DNA of 45,863 nucleotides from Atopobiaceae bacterium UBA7016 (GCA_002449555.1 DJXA01000106.1:1-45863); one strand, 5' to 3'. Shown: positions 6,585-15,231, counted from the first letter of the stretch. The notes: a model not told the origin generated them from the letters alone. Made by a program: numbers and translations.

Positions 6585-8168
6585 ATGCAGCCATACTCGT
6601 TGCTCTTCGTGCTCTTTGTAACGGCGCTGGTACTCATCCATCGCTCGGTGGGACGCTCGCGTTGGCGTGACCACCAATGGATGGTGCTCCTGGCTGGCAG
6701 CATGGGCTTCTACCTGTGGAGCGATGCGCGCAGCCTGGTGTTTCTCCTCATCACAAGCGTAACTACCTGGCAGGCCAGCCTGCGTATGCGAACGCTCGAT
6801 GCCCAAGGCGACGAGGCAGCCAAGGCGGTCGCCAACCGCAAAGAACGCAAGGTGGTTCGCCAAGCGTTCCTGAAGCGTCGCTGGCACGTGCTGCTGGGCA
6901 CGCTCCTGCTCAACTTCGGCATCCTCGGCTACGTCAAGTACTGGAACACGCTGCTCGGCTACGTGGGCCTTGAGCACGGCTTCCTGGCCTCGCGCCTGCT
7001 GCTTCCGCTGGGCATCTCGTTCTATACGTTCACGTCGCTCGGCTACCTCATTGACGTGTACAACAAGAAGGTGGAGCCCGAGGGCAGCTACGCCCGCTAC
7101 CTGCTCTTCGTGAGCTGGTTCCCGCAGCTCATCCAAGGCCCGATCAACCGGTGGCAGGAGATGCGCGAGCAGCTCTCCGGTCCGCGCAACGTTGACGCCG
7201 AGGCTACGCGTCGTGCGCTCTTGCTGATTGGCTACGGTGCGGTCAAGAAGTATGTGCTGGCAGACACGCTGGTCGGCACCATCTCCGCTTGTCTTGACCA
7301 CATCGACTACGGTACGCCGGGCGCCGTCATTGTCATCGGCATCGTGCTGTACTCGCTGCAGCAGTACGGCGACTTCTCCGGCGGCATCGACATGGTGGAA
7401 GGCGTCTCTGAGCTCTTTGGCGTGCGCATGGCGCAGAACTTCCGCCAGCCGTACTTTTCAACGTCGCTCGCCGAGTTCTGGCGGCGCTGGCACATGTCGC
7501 TCGGCGAGTGGATGCGCGCCTACGTGTTCTACCCGCTGGCCATGCGCCCCTCCATGATGAGCCTCAACAAGTGGGGCACCAAGCACCTCGGCAAGACCGT
7601 CGGCCGCACGCTCTCCGCATGCGTGTCCAATGTGGTGGTCTTCGTGCTGGTGGGCCTGTGGCACGGCGCGGAGCTGCATTACCTGCTCTGGGGCCTCTAC
7701 AACGGCCTCGTCATCGCCGCGTCGGACCTGTGCCGTTCGCTCTTCGAGCGCGGGCGTGCGATGTTCCACGTGCGCGAGGAATCGGCGGGTTGGCGGGCGT
7801 GGGGCATCGTGCGCACGTTTGCCCTCGTCAACCTGGGCCGCTATTTCGACCGGCTGGTCGACCCGCATGACCTGGCGCTTGCCCTGCGCAACACGTTCTG
7901 CAACTTTGGCGCGCAGAACGTTAGCGTGTGGCTTACCCAGCTGCATCCCGTGGTGTACATGAAGTTCGCCCTCGGCTTTGCGGCCATGGGGCTTGTCGTG
8001 GTGACGACGGTTGACGTGCTCTGCGAGCGCGGCGTCGACGTACGCGGCCGCGTTCTTTCGCTACCGTACCCCGTGCTGTGCGCCCTCTACCTTGCCTTGG
8101 GCGCCCTGACCGCGTTCTCGTTTGCCGCGGCGGTGCAGGGAGGAGGCTTCCTGTATGCAAACTTCTGA
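6585..8168 (+). CDS. MBOAT-family membrane O-acyltransferase (AlgI/DltB-like), 527 aa
   Basis: ATG at 6585 after GAGGAGAGGAG. Polytopic. Conserved FWRRWHMSLGEWMRAYVFYPL block with the catalytic-type His. Confidence 0.85.
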   Translation: MQPYSLLFVLFVTALVLIHRSVGRSRWRDHQWMVLLAGSMGFYLWSDARSLVFLLITSVTTWQASLRMRTLDAQGDEAAKAVANRKERKVVRQAFLKRRWHVLLGTLLLNFGILGYVKYWNTLLGYVGLEHGFLASRLLLPLGISFYTFTSLGYLIDVYNKKVEPEGSYARYLLFVSWFPQLIQGPINRWQEMREQLSGPRNVDAEATRRALLLIGYGAVKKYVLADTLVGTISACLDHIDYGTPGAVIVIGIVLYSLQQYGDFSGGIDMVEGVSELFGVRMAQNFRQPYFSTSLAEFWRRWHMSLGEWMRAYVFYPLAMRPSMMSLNKWGTKHLGKTVGRTLSACVSNVVVFVLVGLWHGAELHYLLWGLYNGLVIAASDLCRSLFERGRAMFHVREESAGWRAWGIVRTFALVNLGRYFDRLVDPHDLALALRNTFCNFGAQNVSVWLTQLHPVVYMKFALGFAAMGLVVVTTVDVLCERGVDVRGRVLSLPYPVLCALYLALGALTAFSFAAAVQGGGFLYANF

Positions 8169-9564
8169 TGCTCCTCGCAGCAAGTCTGGCTCTACCAAGG
8201 TGCGGACGCTTGTCGGCATAGTGGTTTTTCTGCTGCTTGCCGCCGCCGTAAACGCGCTGCTCACGCTGGTGTTTGTACCGTACGGATCCAAGAGCGAGGT
8301 GGCGTGGACCGATTACGCCGCCGAGGACGAGATTGACACCGTGGCGGTGGGGACCTCCATCGCCATGACCGGTGTTGACCCCTTCACGCTTGACGAGCTG
8401 CTGGGCACGAAGAGTTTCAACTTGGCCACGCCGAGCCAGCTCCTCGACGAGTCGTACCTTGCGATTCGTACAGCCTATGAGGACCACCAGATCTCAAGGG
8501 CTATCCTGTGCCTTTCGGCCTCGCAGGTCATGAGGTCGAGTGACCCCAACCCGGGAAGTGCCTTCATGCATCAGCGCTCGCGCGTGGTGACGCTGAGGCA
8601 GCAGCTGGAAGGGTGCGGCTACCTGCTGTTTGATGGTGGGGCGATCACCACGCCGCGCTCGATCAACATGGTGTTCCCGTGGGTGAGCAACAAGGTGAGC
8701 CAGTCGGTGGGCGCCGTGGTTGCCAATGCGCGGATGAAGCTTGACGGCACCTCGCTCTACGAGGCGGCCGAGGTGAACGAGCGCGGCTGGACCTACAAGG
8801 GCAAGGGCTATGGCTATCACAAGAGCAAGCTTGACTTCAACGGCTCGAAGGTGGAGTCGTACTTTGCGATGAACAATCCCGAGGATATGGGCGTTGAGGC
8901 GGAGCGCGCGTCCGAGCTTGATGCGGGACGTGAGCGTGCGCTACGCGACCTGTGCTCGTACTGCGCCGACCATGGCATTGAGCTATTTGTGTTTGCCCCG
9001 CCGATGCCCGACTTCACGCTGGTGGAGTATGGCGAGGACTATGTGACGCTTGGCGAGCGGCTGCGCGGCATCGTCGAGAGCTATGGCGCGCGCTACTTCG
9101 ACATGAACTTTGCCCAGGTTGAGGTGCTTGCGCGAGACGAGTCTTTCTTCCATGACTCCACGCACCTCACCGTGGAAGGGGCTGAGGCCTTTACGACGGC
9201 AATTGCTCGGGTGGTTCAGGGCGTTCAGGTTGGGGAGGACGTTGGCCGCCTGTTCATGACATGGGACGAGCGCATGGCTGGCATTGACCGGATTTCGGCG
9301 GTGTTTGTGTCAAGCGCCGTGGAGGCCGACGGCGTGCATGCCGTGGCGCGGTCGATGGCTGGCCCAGCCGTGCGGGCCGAGTACCAGTACCTTCGTAATG
9401 TTGGTGACGAGTGGGTTGTGCTGCGCGACTGGTCCGATGACCCGACGTTTGTCTTCGTGCCTGACAGCGGGGAGCGTGGCAGCTTTGAGTTGTGCGTGAA
9501 CGCGCGCAAGGTGGGAAGCGACGTCGAGTACGACCGCTACCGCAAGTTCACCGTTCTGTATTAG
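8155..9564 (+). CDS. DltD/AlgX-like SGNH-type partner of the MBOAT protein, with N-terminal membrane anchor, 469 aa
   Basis: ATG at 8155 (GGGAGGAGG upstream) overlaps the MBOAT stop by 14 nt. One N-terminal TM span. FHDSTHLT (DxxH-type SGNH block). C-terminal ~90 aa (AEYQYLRNVGDEWVVLRDW...FELCVNARK) resembles a Y_Y_Y-type beta-sandwich. Confidence 0.7.
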   Translation: MQTSDAPRSKSGSTKVRTLVGIVVFLLLAAAVNALLTLVFVPYGSKSEVAWTDYAAEDEIDTVAVGTSIAMTGVDPFTLDELLGTKSFNLATPSQLLDESYLAIRTAYEDHQISRAILCLSASQVMRSSDPNPGSAFMHQRSRVVTLRQQLEGCGYLLFDGGAITTPRSINMVFPWVSNKVSQSVGAVVANARMKLDGTSLYEAAEVNERGWTYKGKGYGYHKSKLDFNGSKVESYFAMNNPEDMGVEAERASELDAGRERALRDLCSYCADHGIELFVFAPPMPDFTLVEYGEDYVTLGERLRGIVESYGARYFDMNFAQVEVLARDESFFHDSTHLTVEGAEAFTTAIARVVQGVQVGEDVGRLFMTWDERMAGIDRISAVFVSSAVEADGVHAVARSMAGPAVRAEYQYLRNVGDEWVVLRDWSDDPTFVFVPDSGERGSFELCVNARKVGSDVEYDRYRKFTVLY

Positions 9565-9598
9565 GTGCTGCGCGCTAAAGGGCCCCGCGCCAGCCAGA

Positions 9599-9607
9599 TG
9601 GTAGAAT
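9599..9607 (+). promoter_or_regulatory. Candidate extended -10 (TGgTAGAAT) for the TetR gene
   Basis: TG at 9599-9600 and TAGAAT at 9602-9607, 30 nt before the ATG at 9637. No good -35. Confidence 0.35.
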
Positions 9608-9636
9608 CCGACTCGTTGAGCGAAGGGAGTCTCCTT

Positions 9637-10353
9637 ATGCCGCTGATTGACGAGGAACGTGCGAATGAGCTGGTAGGCGAGGTGCGCGTCGCGCACGAGG
9701 CCGTGCGTGACGCGGTCGAGCGTGAGGTCTCCAAAGGACGGAGCCGCCTCAGGGCGTCGGCAAAGACGCGCAAGAGCGCCGCGACGCGAGGCCGCATCAT
9801 GGAGTCGGTCCGTGCGCTCATGCTCGAGCGTCGTGCCGTCGACTTCCAGATGTCGGAGGTCGCGGAACGCGCCGGGATCACGAAGGGCGCCCTCTACTAC
9901 TACTTCGCCGACCGGGACGAGCTCGTCGAGGCGGTCTTTGACGAGGAGCTCGACCTCGTGGTGGCGACCATCGAGCGCACGGTGGCCGAGGCGCCGTCGG
10001 CGCGCGAGGCGCTGCGCGGGCTCTGCCGCGAGTTCTCGACGCAGTTGCAGGCCGGAAGCCCCTTCGCCCTCGCCTTGACGAGCGAGGCCACAGTCTCCCA
10101 CTTCGACGCGCTCTCGGTCGTCTCGACGCGCTTCATGCGGGTCGTGGACGTCCTTGCCGGCCAGCTTGAGCGCGCGAAGGGCGAGGGCGTGGTGCGCGAG
10201 GACGTGGACGCGCGCGTGGCTGCGGTGTTCCTGCTGGGCGGTTTCCTCATGGCGTCGCTCTCCGCCGCGGACTTCGGCCTGTTCGCCGACACGGACCTGC
10301 TGCTGGACGCGCTGTACGGGCTGAGCGTGCGGGGCGTGGGCGCCGAGCGCTAG
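9637..10353 (+). CDS. TetR/AcrR-family transcriptional regulator, 238 aa
   Basis: ATG at 9637 with GAAGGGAG upstream. HTH region FQMSEVAERAGITKGALYYYFADRDELV. The stop TAG (10351-10353) shares CTAG with the convergent gene's stop. Confidence 0.85.
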   Translation: MPLIDEERANELVGEVRVAHEAVRDAVEREVSKGRSRLRASAKTRKSAATRGRIMESVRALMLERRAVDFQMSEVAERAGITKGALYYYFADRDELVEAVFDEELDLVVATIERTVAEAPSAREALRGLCREFSTQLQAGSPFALALTSEATVSHFDALSVVSTRFMRVVDVLAGQLERAKGEGVVREDVDARVAAVFLLGGFLMASLSAADFGLFADTDLLLDALYGLSVRGVGAER

Positions 10354-11009
10354 GCCGCGGGGCCTGAGGACAGGACATGCCCGTGGACGATGCGGTTGTA
10401 GTCCTCGTCGGGCACGCAGGTCTGGAAGACGACGGCGTCCTCTCCCACGAGGGCGAGGATCTCGTCGAGGATGCTGTCCTTGGGATAGTCGAAGATCCCC
10501 TCCACGCGCACGGGCTCGCCGTTCACGGTGACGATGTCCCCGGGCTGCAGGTCGAGGATGATCTGGCCATAGTACGACCAGTTGTGCGTGACATAGTAGT
10601 AATCGCACCATTCGGTGAGGCTGCCATCGTCCTTTGCCTCGACGAGCTCGGAGTCCCATTCCGCCTCCCATGGGCCGGTGGAGACCGGGTCGCGTGGGAC
10701 GATGCTGACCAGGCGCATGCGCGCGTAGGCGTAGTTGTACCGCCATGCGCTGACGCGCCGGATGGCCGCGCGAGGGAAGCCTGAGCTCAGCGCCCCAAAG
10801 GCGCGTGACAGCGCGGTCTCGCTACAGGGCTGGGGAAGCGGGGCCCTCGGGACGTCGTCCTGGCCGATGAGGGTGGACTCCACGACGATGAAGGGCTCCT
10901 GCGGGGCGAGCTCGGGCTGGCGGTGGAGGAGGAAGGCGAACGTCGCGTAGGCGACCGCGGCGCAGGCGAGGGCGCAGACGAGCGTGAGCGCGGCACGACG
11001 CATCCTCAT
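10350..11009 (-). CDS. Sortase-fold (peptidase C60-like) protein with N-terminal membrane anchor, 219 aa
   Basis: ATG at 11009 with GAGGAGG upstream. Anchor AALTLVCALACAAVAYATFAFLL. The order of motifs matches sortase His / strand / TLxTC / Arg: THNWSYYGQIILDLQPGDIVTVNG ... VVFQTCVP ... NRIVHG. Confidence 0.55.
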   Translation of the reverse strand: MRMRRAALTLVCALACAAVAYATFAFLLHRQPELAPQEPFIVVESTLIGQDDVPRAPLPQPCSETALSRAFGALSSGFPRAAIRRVSAWRYNYAYARMRLVSIVPRDPVSTGPWEAEWDSELVEAKDDGSLTEWCDYYYVTHNWSYYGQIILDLQPGDIVTVNGEPVRVEGIFDYPKDSILDEILALVGEDAVVFQTCVPDEDYNRIVHGHVLSSGPAA

Positions 11010-11035
11010 CGGGAGCCTCCTCAAGGCTGGCGGAC

Positions 11036-11239
11036 CTATCTCTGGCGATAGCGCATGACGACCTGCGCGTGCTCTTCCTTGCCGTCGATGTAGTCGGAGA
11101 GCGCGGCCTCCGCGTCGCGCCCGTGGAAGAGCGCGCAGACCCCGCAGGCATCGCAATCCGCGATGCAGACGTAGCGCTGGCGGACGTACGCCAGGCGCTC
11201 CTCGCGCGTGGAGCTGCCGATGCTTGGTGCCTGTGTCAC
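11036..11239 (-). CDS. Small Cys-rich protein, 67 aa, unknown function
   Basis: GTG at 11239 six nt after GGAGGAAGG. High GC3. Motif YVCIADCDACGVCALFH (C-x4-C-x2-C-x3-C). 26 nt upstream of the sortase-fold gene on the same strand. Confidence 0.6.
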   Translation of the reverse strand: MTQAPSIGSSTREERLAYVRQRYVCIADCDACGVCALFHGRDAEAALSDYIDGKEEHAQVVMRYRQR

Positions 11240-11336
11240 GTGGTGCCTTCCTCCGACCAAATCACTAGGAGAACTATACCGCGAAACCACGCCGCCACGG
11301 GCGTTCCTCGGCTGCGTTGCCCTGCTGTGTAGGAAA

Positions 11337-11385
11337 TTTGAAACCAAGTCAAAAACATAAGCCCAGTTTTGAATTGAAGTCAAAA
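11337..11385. promoter_or_regulatory. AT-rich island with two direct repeats TTTGAA-N3-AAGTCAAAA, 31 bp apart; candidate operator or promoter region
   Basis: TTTGAAACCAAGTCAAAA (11337-11354) and TTTGAATTGAAGTCAAAA (11368-11385), 15/18 identical. 24 G+C in the 70 nt at 11331-11400. Lies between divergent operons. Confidence 0.5.
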
Positions 11386-11433
11386 TTGGGAACAACACGA
11401 ACGGTTTCGCAGGCAATCGAAGGAGGAATGCCA

Positions 11434-12153
11434 ATGAATGGTGCGACGTGCGGCGAGAGTCCGCACTTCATCGTCGCGCGGGGGCTGGGCTGCAACTCGC
11501 TTCGCGTGAAGGGCTATTCGCAGGTGAGCCTTGACCTGGCGGCGGGATGCGCGCATGCCATCTGCGCCGAGGACAAGCACGGGAAGACCGAGCTGCTGCT
11601 CACCTTGGCCGGAAGAATGCTTCCCACCGAGGGGAGGCTGCGCGTCGAGGGGGAGGATGTCTCGAGCCTGAGGGCCCTCAACAAGGTGCGCAAGGTGTCG
11701 GGCCTCGGGTTCTTTGCCCATGTCAACGATGTCGAGAAGGTGCTGCGCGTGCGCACGGTGACCTCGGCGGAGCTCGGCCTGGCCGGCAAGCGCTCCAACC
11801 GCGCGGCCACGCTCGCGTACCTGGAGCAGTGGGGGCTCGCAGACGTGGCCGACAAGGCCATCGAGGAGCTTCCCGCGGCCACCTACGACCTGCTGGGCAT
11901 CGCGCTCGGCATGGCGGCAGACCCCAAGATCTTGGTGGTCGACGACATCGAGCGCGACGTGACCGACGATGAGTCCCGGGCGCTCGCCGACAGGCTCATC
12001 ACGCTCGCCCACACGACGGGCACTACCGTCGTCTGCGGCGTGATCGACTATCGCCTCGCCGAGCGCTTCGACTCGGCGACGTGCATCTCCGAGGACGCCG
12101 AGCGCCAGCGCGACGCGTTCTATGGCGAGGGCGTCACGAAGGAGGTGGCATAG
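11434..12153 (+). CDS. ABC-type ATPase-like protein with degenerate motifs, 239 aa
   Basis: ATG at 11434 six nt after GGAGGA. Walker A-like AEDKHGKTELL. Walker B-like ILVVDDIE. The signature position reads ELPAATYDLL instead of LSGGQ. Immediately upstream of yhgE/pip. Confidence 0.7.
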   Translation: MNGATCGESPHFIVARGLGCNSLRVKGYSQVSLDLAAGCAHAICAEDKHGKTELLLTLAGRMLPTEGRLRVEGEDVSSLRALNKVRKVSGLGFFAHVNDVEKVLRVRTVTSAELGLAGKRSNRAATLAYLEQWGLADVADKAIEELPAATYDLLGIALGMAADPKILVVDDIERDVTDDESRALADRLITLAHTTGTTVVCGVIDYRLAERFDSATCISEDAERQRDAFYGEGVTKEVA

Positions 12154-12155
12154 CC

Positions 12156-15092
12156 ATGAAGAACCCGCTGCGCGGCCTGCGCTTCTCGCTGCTGGACTTC
12201 CATTCAGCTCGAGCCAACGTGGGCATGAAGATCGCCATGCTCGGTATCGCGCTCATCCCGCTCATCTACGGTGCACTGTACCTCATGGCCTTCTATGACC
12301 CGTACGGCAAGCTCGACACGCTGCCGGTCGCCGTCGTGAACGAGGACGTCCCCGTGAAGACGGAGGACGGCACCGAGGTACACGCAGGCCAAGACCTCGT
12401 CGACGAACTGAAGGGCTCGGACGCGCTTGACTGGCGCTTCGTCGACTCCTATGACGAGGCCGAGAAGGCCCTTGAGCAGGGCTCCTACTACAACGTGGTG
12501 GTGATTCCGCGGGACTTCTCCGAGAAGGTGGCCTCCGCGGAGTCCGACCATCCCCAGCAGGCCCACCTCGACCTGCGCGTCAACGACGCCAACAACTACC
12601 TGTCGTCCATCCTGGGCGCCTCGGTGATGCGCGTCGTGACCTCCGAGACCAACTACGCCATCGGCGAGAACTACTTCGTGCAGATCTTCGACTCCATCGA
12701 CGAGACGGGATCGTCCCTGCAGGAGGCCGCCAACGGCGCGACCAAGCTGAGCGACGGCCTCGTCGACGCGCACGACGGGTCGCAGGCCATCACTGACGGC
12801 CTCGCGGACGCGAAGGACGGCTCGGTCCAGCTGGCCGACGGCCTGACGAGCGCGCAGGACGGCTCGCGGCAGATTACGGACGGCCTCGCGAGCGCAGACT
12901 CCGGCTCGGCGACGCTGGCCGACGGCCTGAAGGGCGCCAAGGACGGCGCTGACCAGCTCGTCGACGGCACGCGCCAGCTGGCTGACGGCGCCACCAGCGC
13001 CAAGGCGGGCGCGGACTCGCTCTCGAGCGGGCTCGGCCAGCTCTCCGAGGGCTCGGGCCAGCTAACGAGCGGCCTGGGCAGTGCCAAGGACGGCGCCAAC
13101 GCCCTCTCCGACGGCTTGGGGGAGCTCGCGCAGGGCTCCTCGCAGCTCGCGCAGGGGACGGCCTCCGCAAAAGCGGGCTCCTCTGACCTCGCGAGCGGCC
13201 TCGGCCGGCTCGACGCGGGCTCCCAGCAGCTGACGGGCGGCATCCAGGCGGTGTCGGACGGCGCCTCGTCGCTCAAGGACGGCCTCGACCAGCTGGTTGA
13301 CGGCAGCGCGCAGGTCTCCGACGGGGCGCAGGCGCTCGTGGCCGGCCTTGACGCGAGCGCGTCGAGCCTGGGCCAGCTGAGCTCCGGCGCGGCCTCCGTG
13401 GCGGACGGCCTGTCACAGCTTGACGGCGGCGTCGCGCAGCTCTCCTCCGCGGTGAGCTCCACGCAGTCCGCCGCAGACGCGACGGCGAGCTATGCCTCCG
13501 CGGCCAACGCAATCCTCTCGTCTTCCCGCTACGGCGAGGACGGCTCGCTCGTGGTGCCTGCTGACCAGGTGGCCACGCTGCTCACGTCCGCTGGCGCTGC
13601 AAGCCAGTACGCCGACGCTACGTCGGGCGCCATGAGCGGCATCTCCGACGGCATGTCGGGCGTCGCCACGTCCGTCTCGCAGCTCGCGGGCGGCGCGAGC
13701 GCGGTCTCCGCGGGAGTCGACCAGACGGTCGCCTCCGTCTCCGCGGGCGGCCAGCTCTATGACGGCGCCGTGGCGCTCGCCCAGGGTGCCTCGCAGGTGG
13801 CCGCGGGCGTCGCCTCCGCCGACGACGGCGCCGCAGCCCTCGTGCAGGGCGTCGCGCAGGTCCAGGGCGGGGCAGACAGCCTCGCCGCCGGCATCTCCTC
13901 CGCGCGCTCCGGCGCGGATCAGCTGGACGCCGGCCTCGGCGCGCTGAGCAGCGGCGCGAGCACGCTTGACGCGGGCCTGTCGTCCGCCAAGAGCGGTGCC
14001 GGCGCGCTGGCCTCGGGCGTGACGAGCGCCTACGATGGCTCCGCCGCCCTCGACAAGGGCCTAGGCACTGCGGCCCAGGGCGCGAACGACCTCGACAGCG
14101 GTCTGGGGAAGCTCTCCGACGGCCTCACCTCCGGCGTCGCCGGCGCGAGCAAGCTCGATGACGGCATGGGGCAGCTCGCGGCGGGCGGAACGACGCTGCG
14201 CGACGGTCTCGACCAGCTGCTTGACGGCTCCAAGACGCTGACCAGCGGCATCGGAACCGCGCGCGACGGCGCGGGCTCCCTCGAGGATGGCCTGACCAAG
14301 CTGCACGACGGCTCGAGCGAGCTGACCGACGGCCTCGTCACGGCGAAGGACGGCTCCGCCGAGCTCGCCTCCGGCCTGAGCGACGGCGTCAAGAAGGTCG
14401 CCAACGCGACGGAGGGCTCTGACGATAAGGCTGCCATGATGGCCGAGCCCGTCACGCTCGAGGAGCAGAAGTACACGACCGTTGACAACTACGGCTCCGG
14501 CTTCGCCCCGTACTTCATCGCGCTGGGCCTCTGGGTGGGTGCCCTGGTCATGACGTTCATCTTCAAGCCGCTCAACGAGCGCCTCATCATCGACGGCGCC
14601 AACCCGGTGGTCGCCGCGTTCTGCGGCCTCGTGCCGATGCTTCTGGTGGGCGCGATCCAGGCGGTGCTGCTCGCCTTCACCATCCAGGTGCCGTGCGGCA
14701 TCGCGGTGGCGCACCCGCTGGCGTACTACCTGCTCACGATGCTCTCCAGCTTCGTGTTCTGCGCCGCCATCCAGATGGTGATCGCCGTCTTCGGCTTCCC
14801 CGGGAAGTTCGCGGCCGTGGTCCTGCTGATGCTGCAGCTCACCACCGCGGCGGGCACGTTCCCCATCGAGACCGAGTTCCCCATCTTCCAGGCGCTGAGC
14901 CCGTACCTGCCCATGACATACGTGGTGCGTGCGCTTCGCCAGGCCATGGCCGGCGCGAACCTCGCGCTGGTGGGCCCCAACGTGGTGGCGCTCTGCGCCT
15001 TCCTGGCCGGGTGCTTCGCGGTGACCTGCCTCGTGGCGTACCGTCGCCGCCTGGTCACGCTCTCCGACCTGCACCCGCTGGTCGAGCTCTAA
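12156..15092 (+). CDS. YhgE/Pip-family membrane protein (phage infection protein / EsaA-like), 978 aa
   Basis: ATG at 12156 (GGAGGTGG upstream). N-terminal TM span followed by YDPYGKLDTLPVAVVNED. Very long central xxxLxxG heptad region. C-terminal cluster of about 5 TM spans ending ...PMTYVVRALRQAMAG. Confidence 0.9.
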   Translation: MKNPLRGLRFSLLDFHSARANVGMKIAMLGIALIPLIYGALYLMAFYDPYGKLDTLPVAVVNEDVPVKTEDGTEVHAGQDLVDELKGSDALDWRFVDSYDEAEKALEQGSYYNVVVIPRDFSEKVASAESDHPQQAHLDLRVNDANNYLSSILGASVMRVVTSETNYAIGENYFVQIFDSIDETGSSLQEAANGATKLSDGLVDAHDGSQAITDGLADAKDGSVQLADGLTSAQDGSRQITDGLASADSGSATLADGLKGAKDGADQLVDGTRQLADGATSAKAGADSLSSGLGQLSEGSGQLTSGLGSAKDGANALSDGLGELAQGSSQLAQGTASAKAGSSDLASGLGRLDAGSQQLTGGIQAVSDGASSLKDGLDQLVDGSAQVSDGAQALVAGLDASASSLGQLSSGAASVADGLSQLDGGVAQLSSAVSSTQSAADATASYASAANAILSSSRYGEDGSLVVPADQVATLLTSAGAASQYADATSGAMSGISDGMSGVATSVSQLAGGASAVSAGVDQTVASVSAGGQLYDGAVALAQGASQVAAGVASADDGAAALVQGVAQVQGGADSLAAGISSARSGADQLDAGLGALSSGASTLDAGLSSAKSGAGALASGVTSAYDGSAALDKGLGTAAQGANDLDSGLGKLSDGLTSGVAGASKLDDGMGQLAAGGTTLRDGLDQLLDGSKTLTSGIGTARDGAGSLEDGLTKLHDGSSELTDGLVTAKDGSAELASGLSDGVKKVANATEGSDDKAAMMAEPVTLEEQKYTTVDNYGSGFAPYFIALGLWVGALVMTFIFKPLNERLIIDGANPVVAAFCGLVPMLLVGAIQAVLLAFTIQVPCGIAVAHPLAYYLLTMLSSFVFCAAIQMVIAVFGFPGKFAAVVLLMLQLTTAAGTFPIETEFPIFQALSPYLPMTYVVRALRQAMAGANLALVGPNVVALCAFLAGCFAVTCLVAYRRRLVTLSDLHPLVEL
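12721..14390 (+). repeat. Coding 21-nt (heptad, X-X-X-Leu-X-X-Gly type) repeat region inside yhgE/pip
   Basis: Runs such as LSDGLVDAHDGSQAITDGLADAKDGSVQLADGLTSAQDGSRQITDGL. Boundaries are approximate and the middle part is less regular. Confidence 0.8.
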
Positions 15093-15127
15093 GGCCGGGA
15101 ACAAGGGGCCTGGCCCCGTAGCCTGAT

Positions 15128-15160
15128 GCGCGCCACCAAGGGCTGCCCTTGGTGGCGCGC
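15128..15160 (+). terminator. Hairpin after yhgE; third member of the CCACCAAGG...CCTTGGTGG stem family
   Basis: GCGCGCCACCAAGGG (15128-15142), loop CTG, CCCTTGGTGGCGCGC (15146-15160): 15 perfect bp. Followed by CTTCGTT, a weak U-tract. Confidence 0.6.
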
Positions 15161-15200
15161 CTTCGTTGCGTGGCAGGTGTGAAAGTGAGCGTTAGCTAAC

Positions 15201-15229
15201 TTTACAGCGTGCCGACAATGCTCTACAGT
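15201..15229 (+). promoter_or_regulatory. Candidate sigma-70-type promoter for the metK leader
   Basis: TTTACA (15201-15206), 17-nt spacer, TACAGT (15224-15229), just upstream of the riboswitch P1. Confidence 0.45.
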
Positions 15230-15231
15230 GG

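Noticed and set aside
10350-10353. Convergent TetR and sortase-fold genes sharing the palindromic CTAG as both stop codons.
   Set aside because: It is real, but most simply explained as compact gene packing. It implies there is no terminator between the genes and is not on its own a functional signal.
11240-11434. Upstream 65 codons of the 132-aa ORF containing the Cys4 protein.
   Set aside because: The extension crosses the AT-rich promoter island, has atypical codon composition and lacks an SD. GTG at 11239 has a strong GGAGGAAGG.
12721-14390. Regular ~21-nt periodicity that could be mistaken for a repeat array or CRISPR.
   Set aside because: It lies inside one continuous reading frame and encodes xxxLxxG heptads of YhgE/Pip. 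There is no repeat-spacer structure and there are no cas genes.
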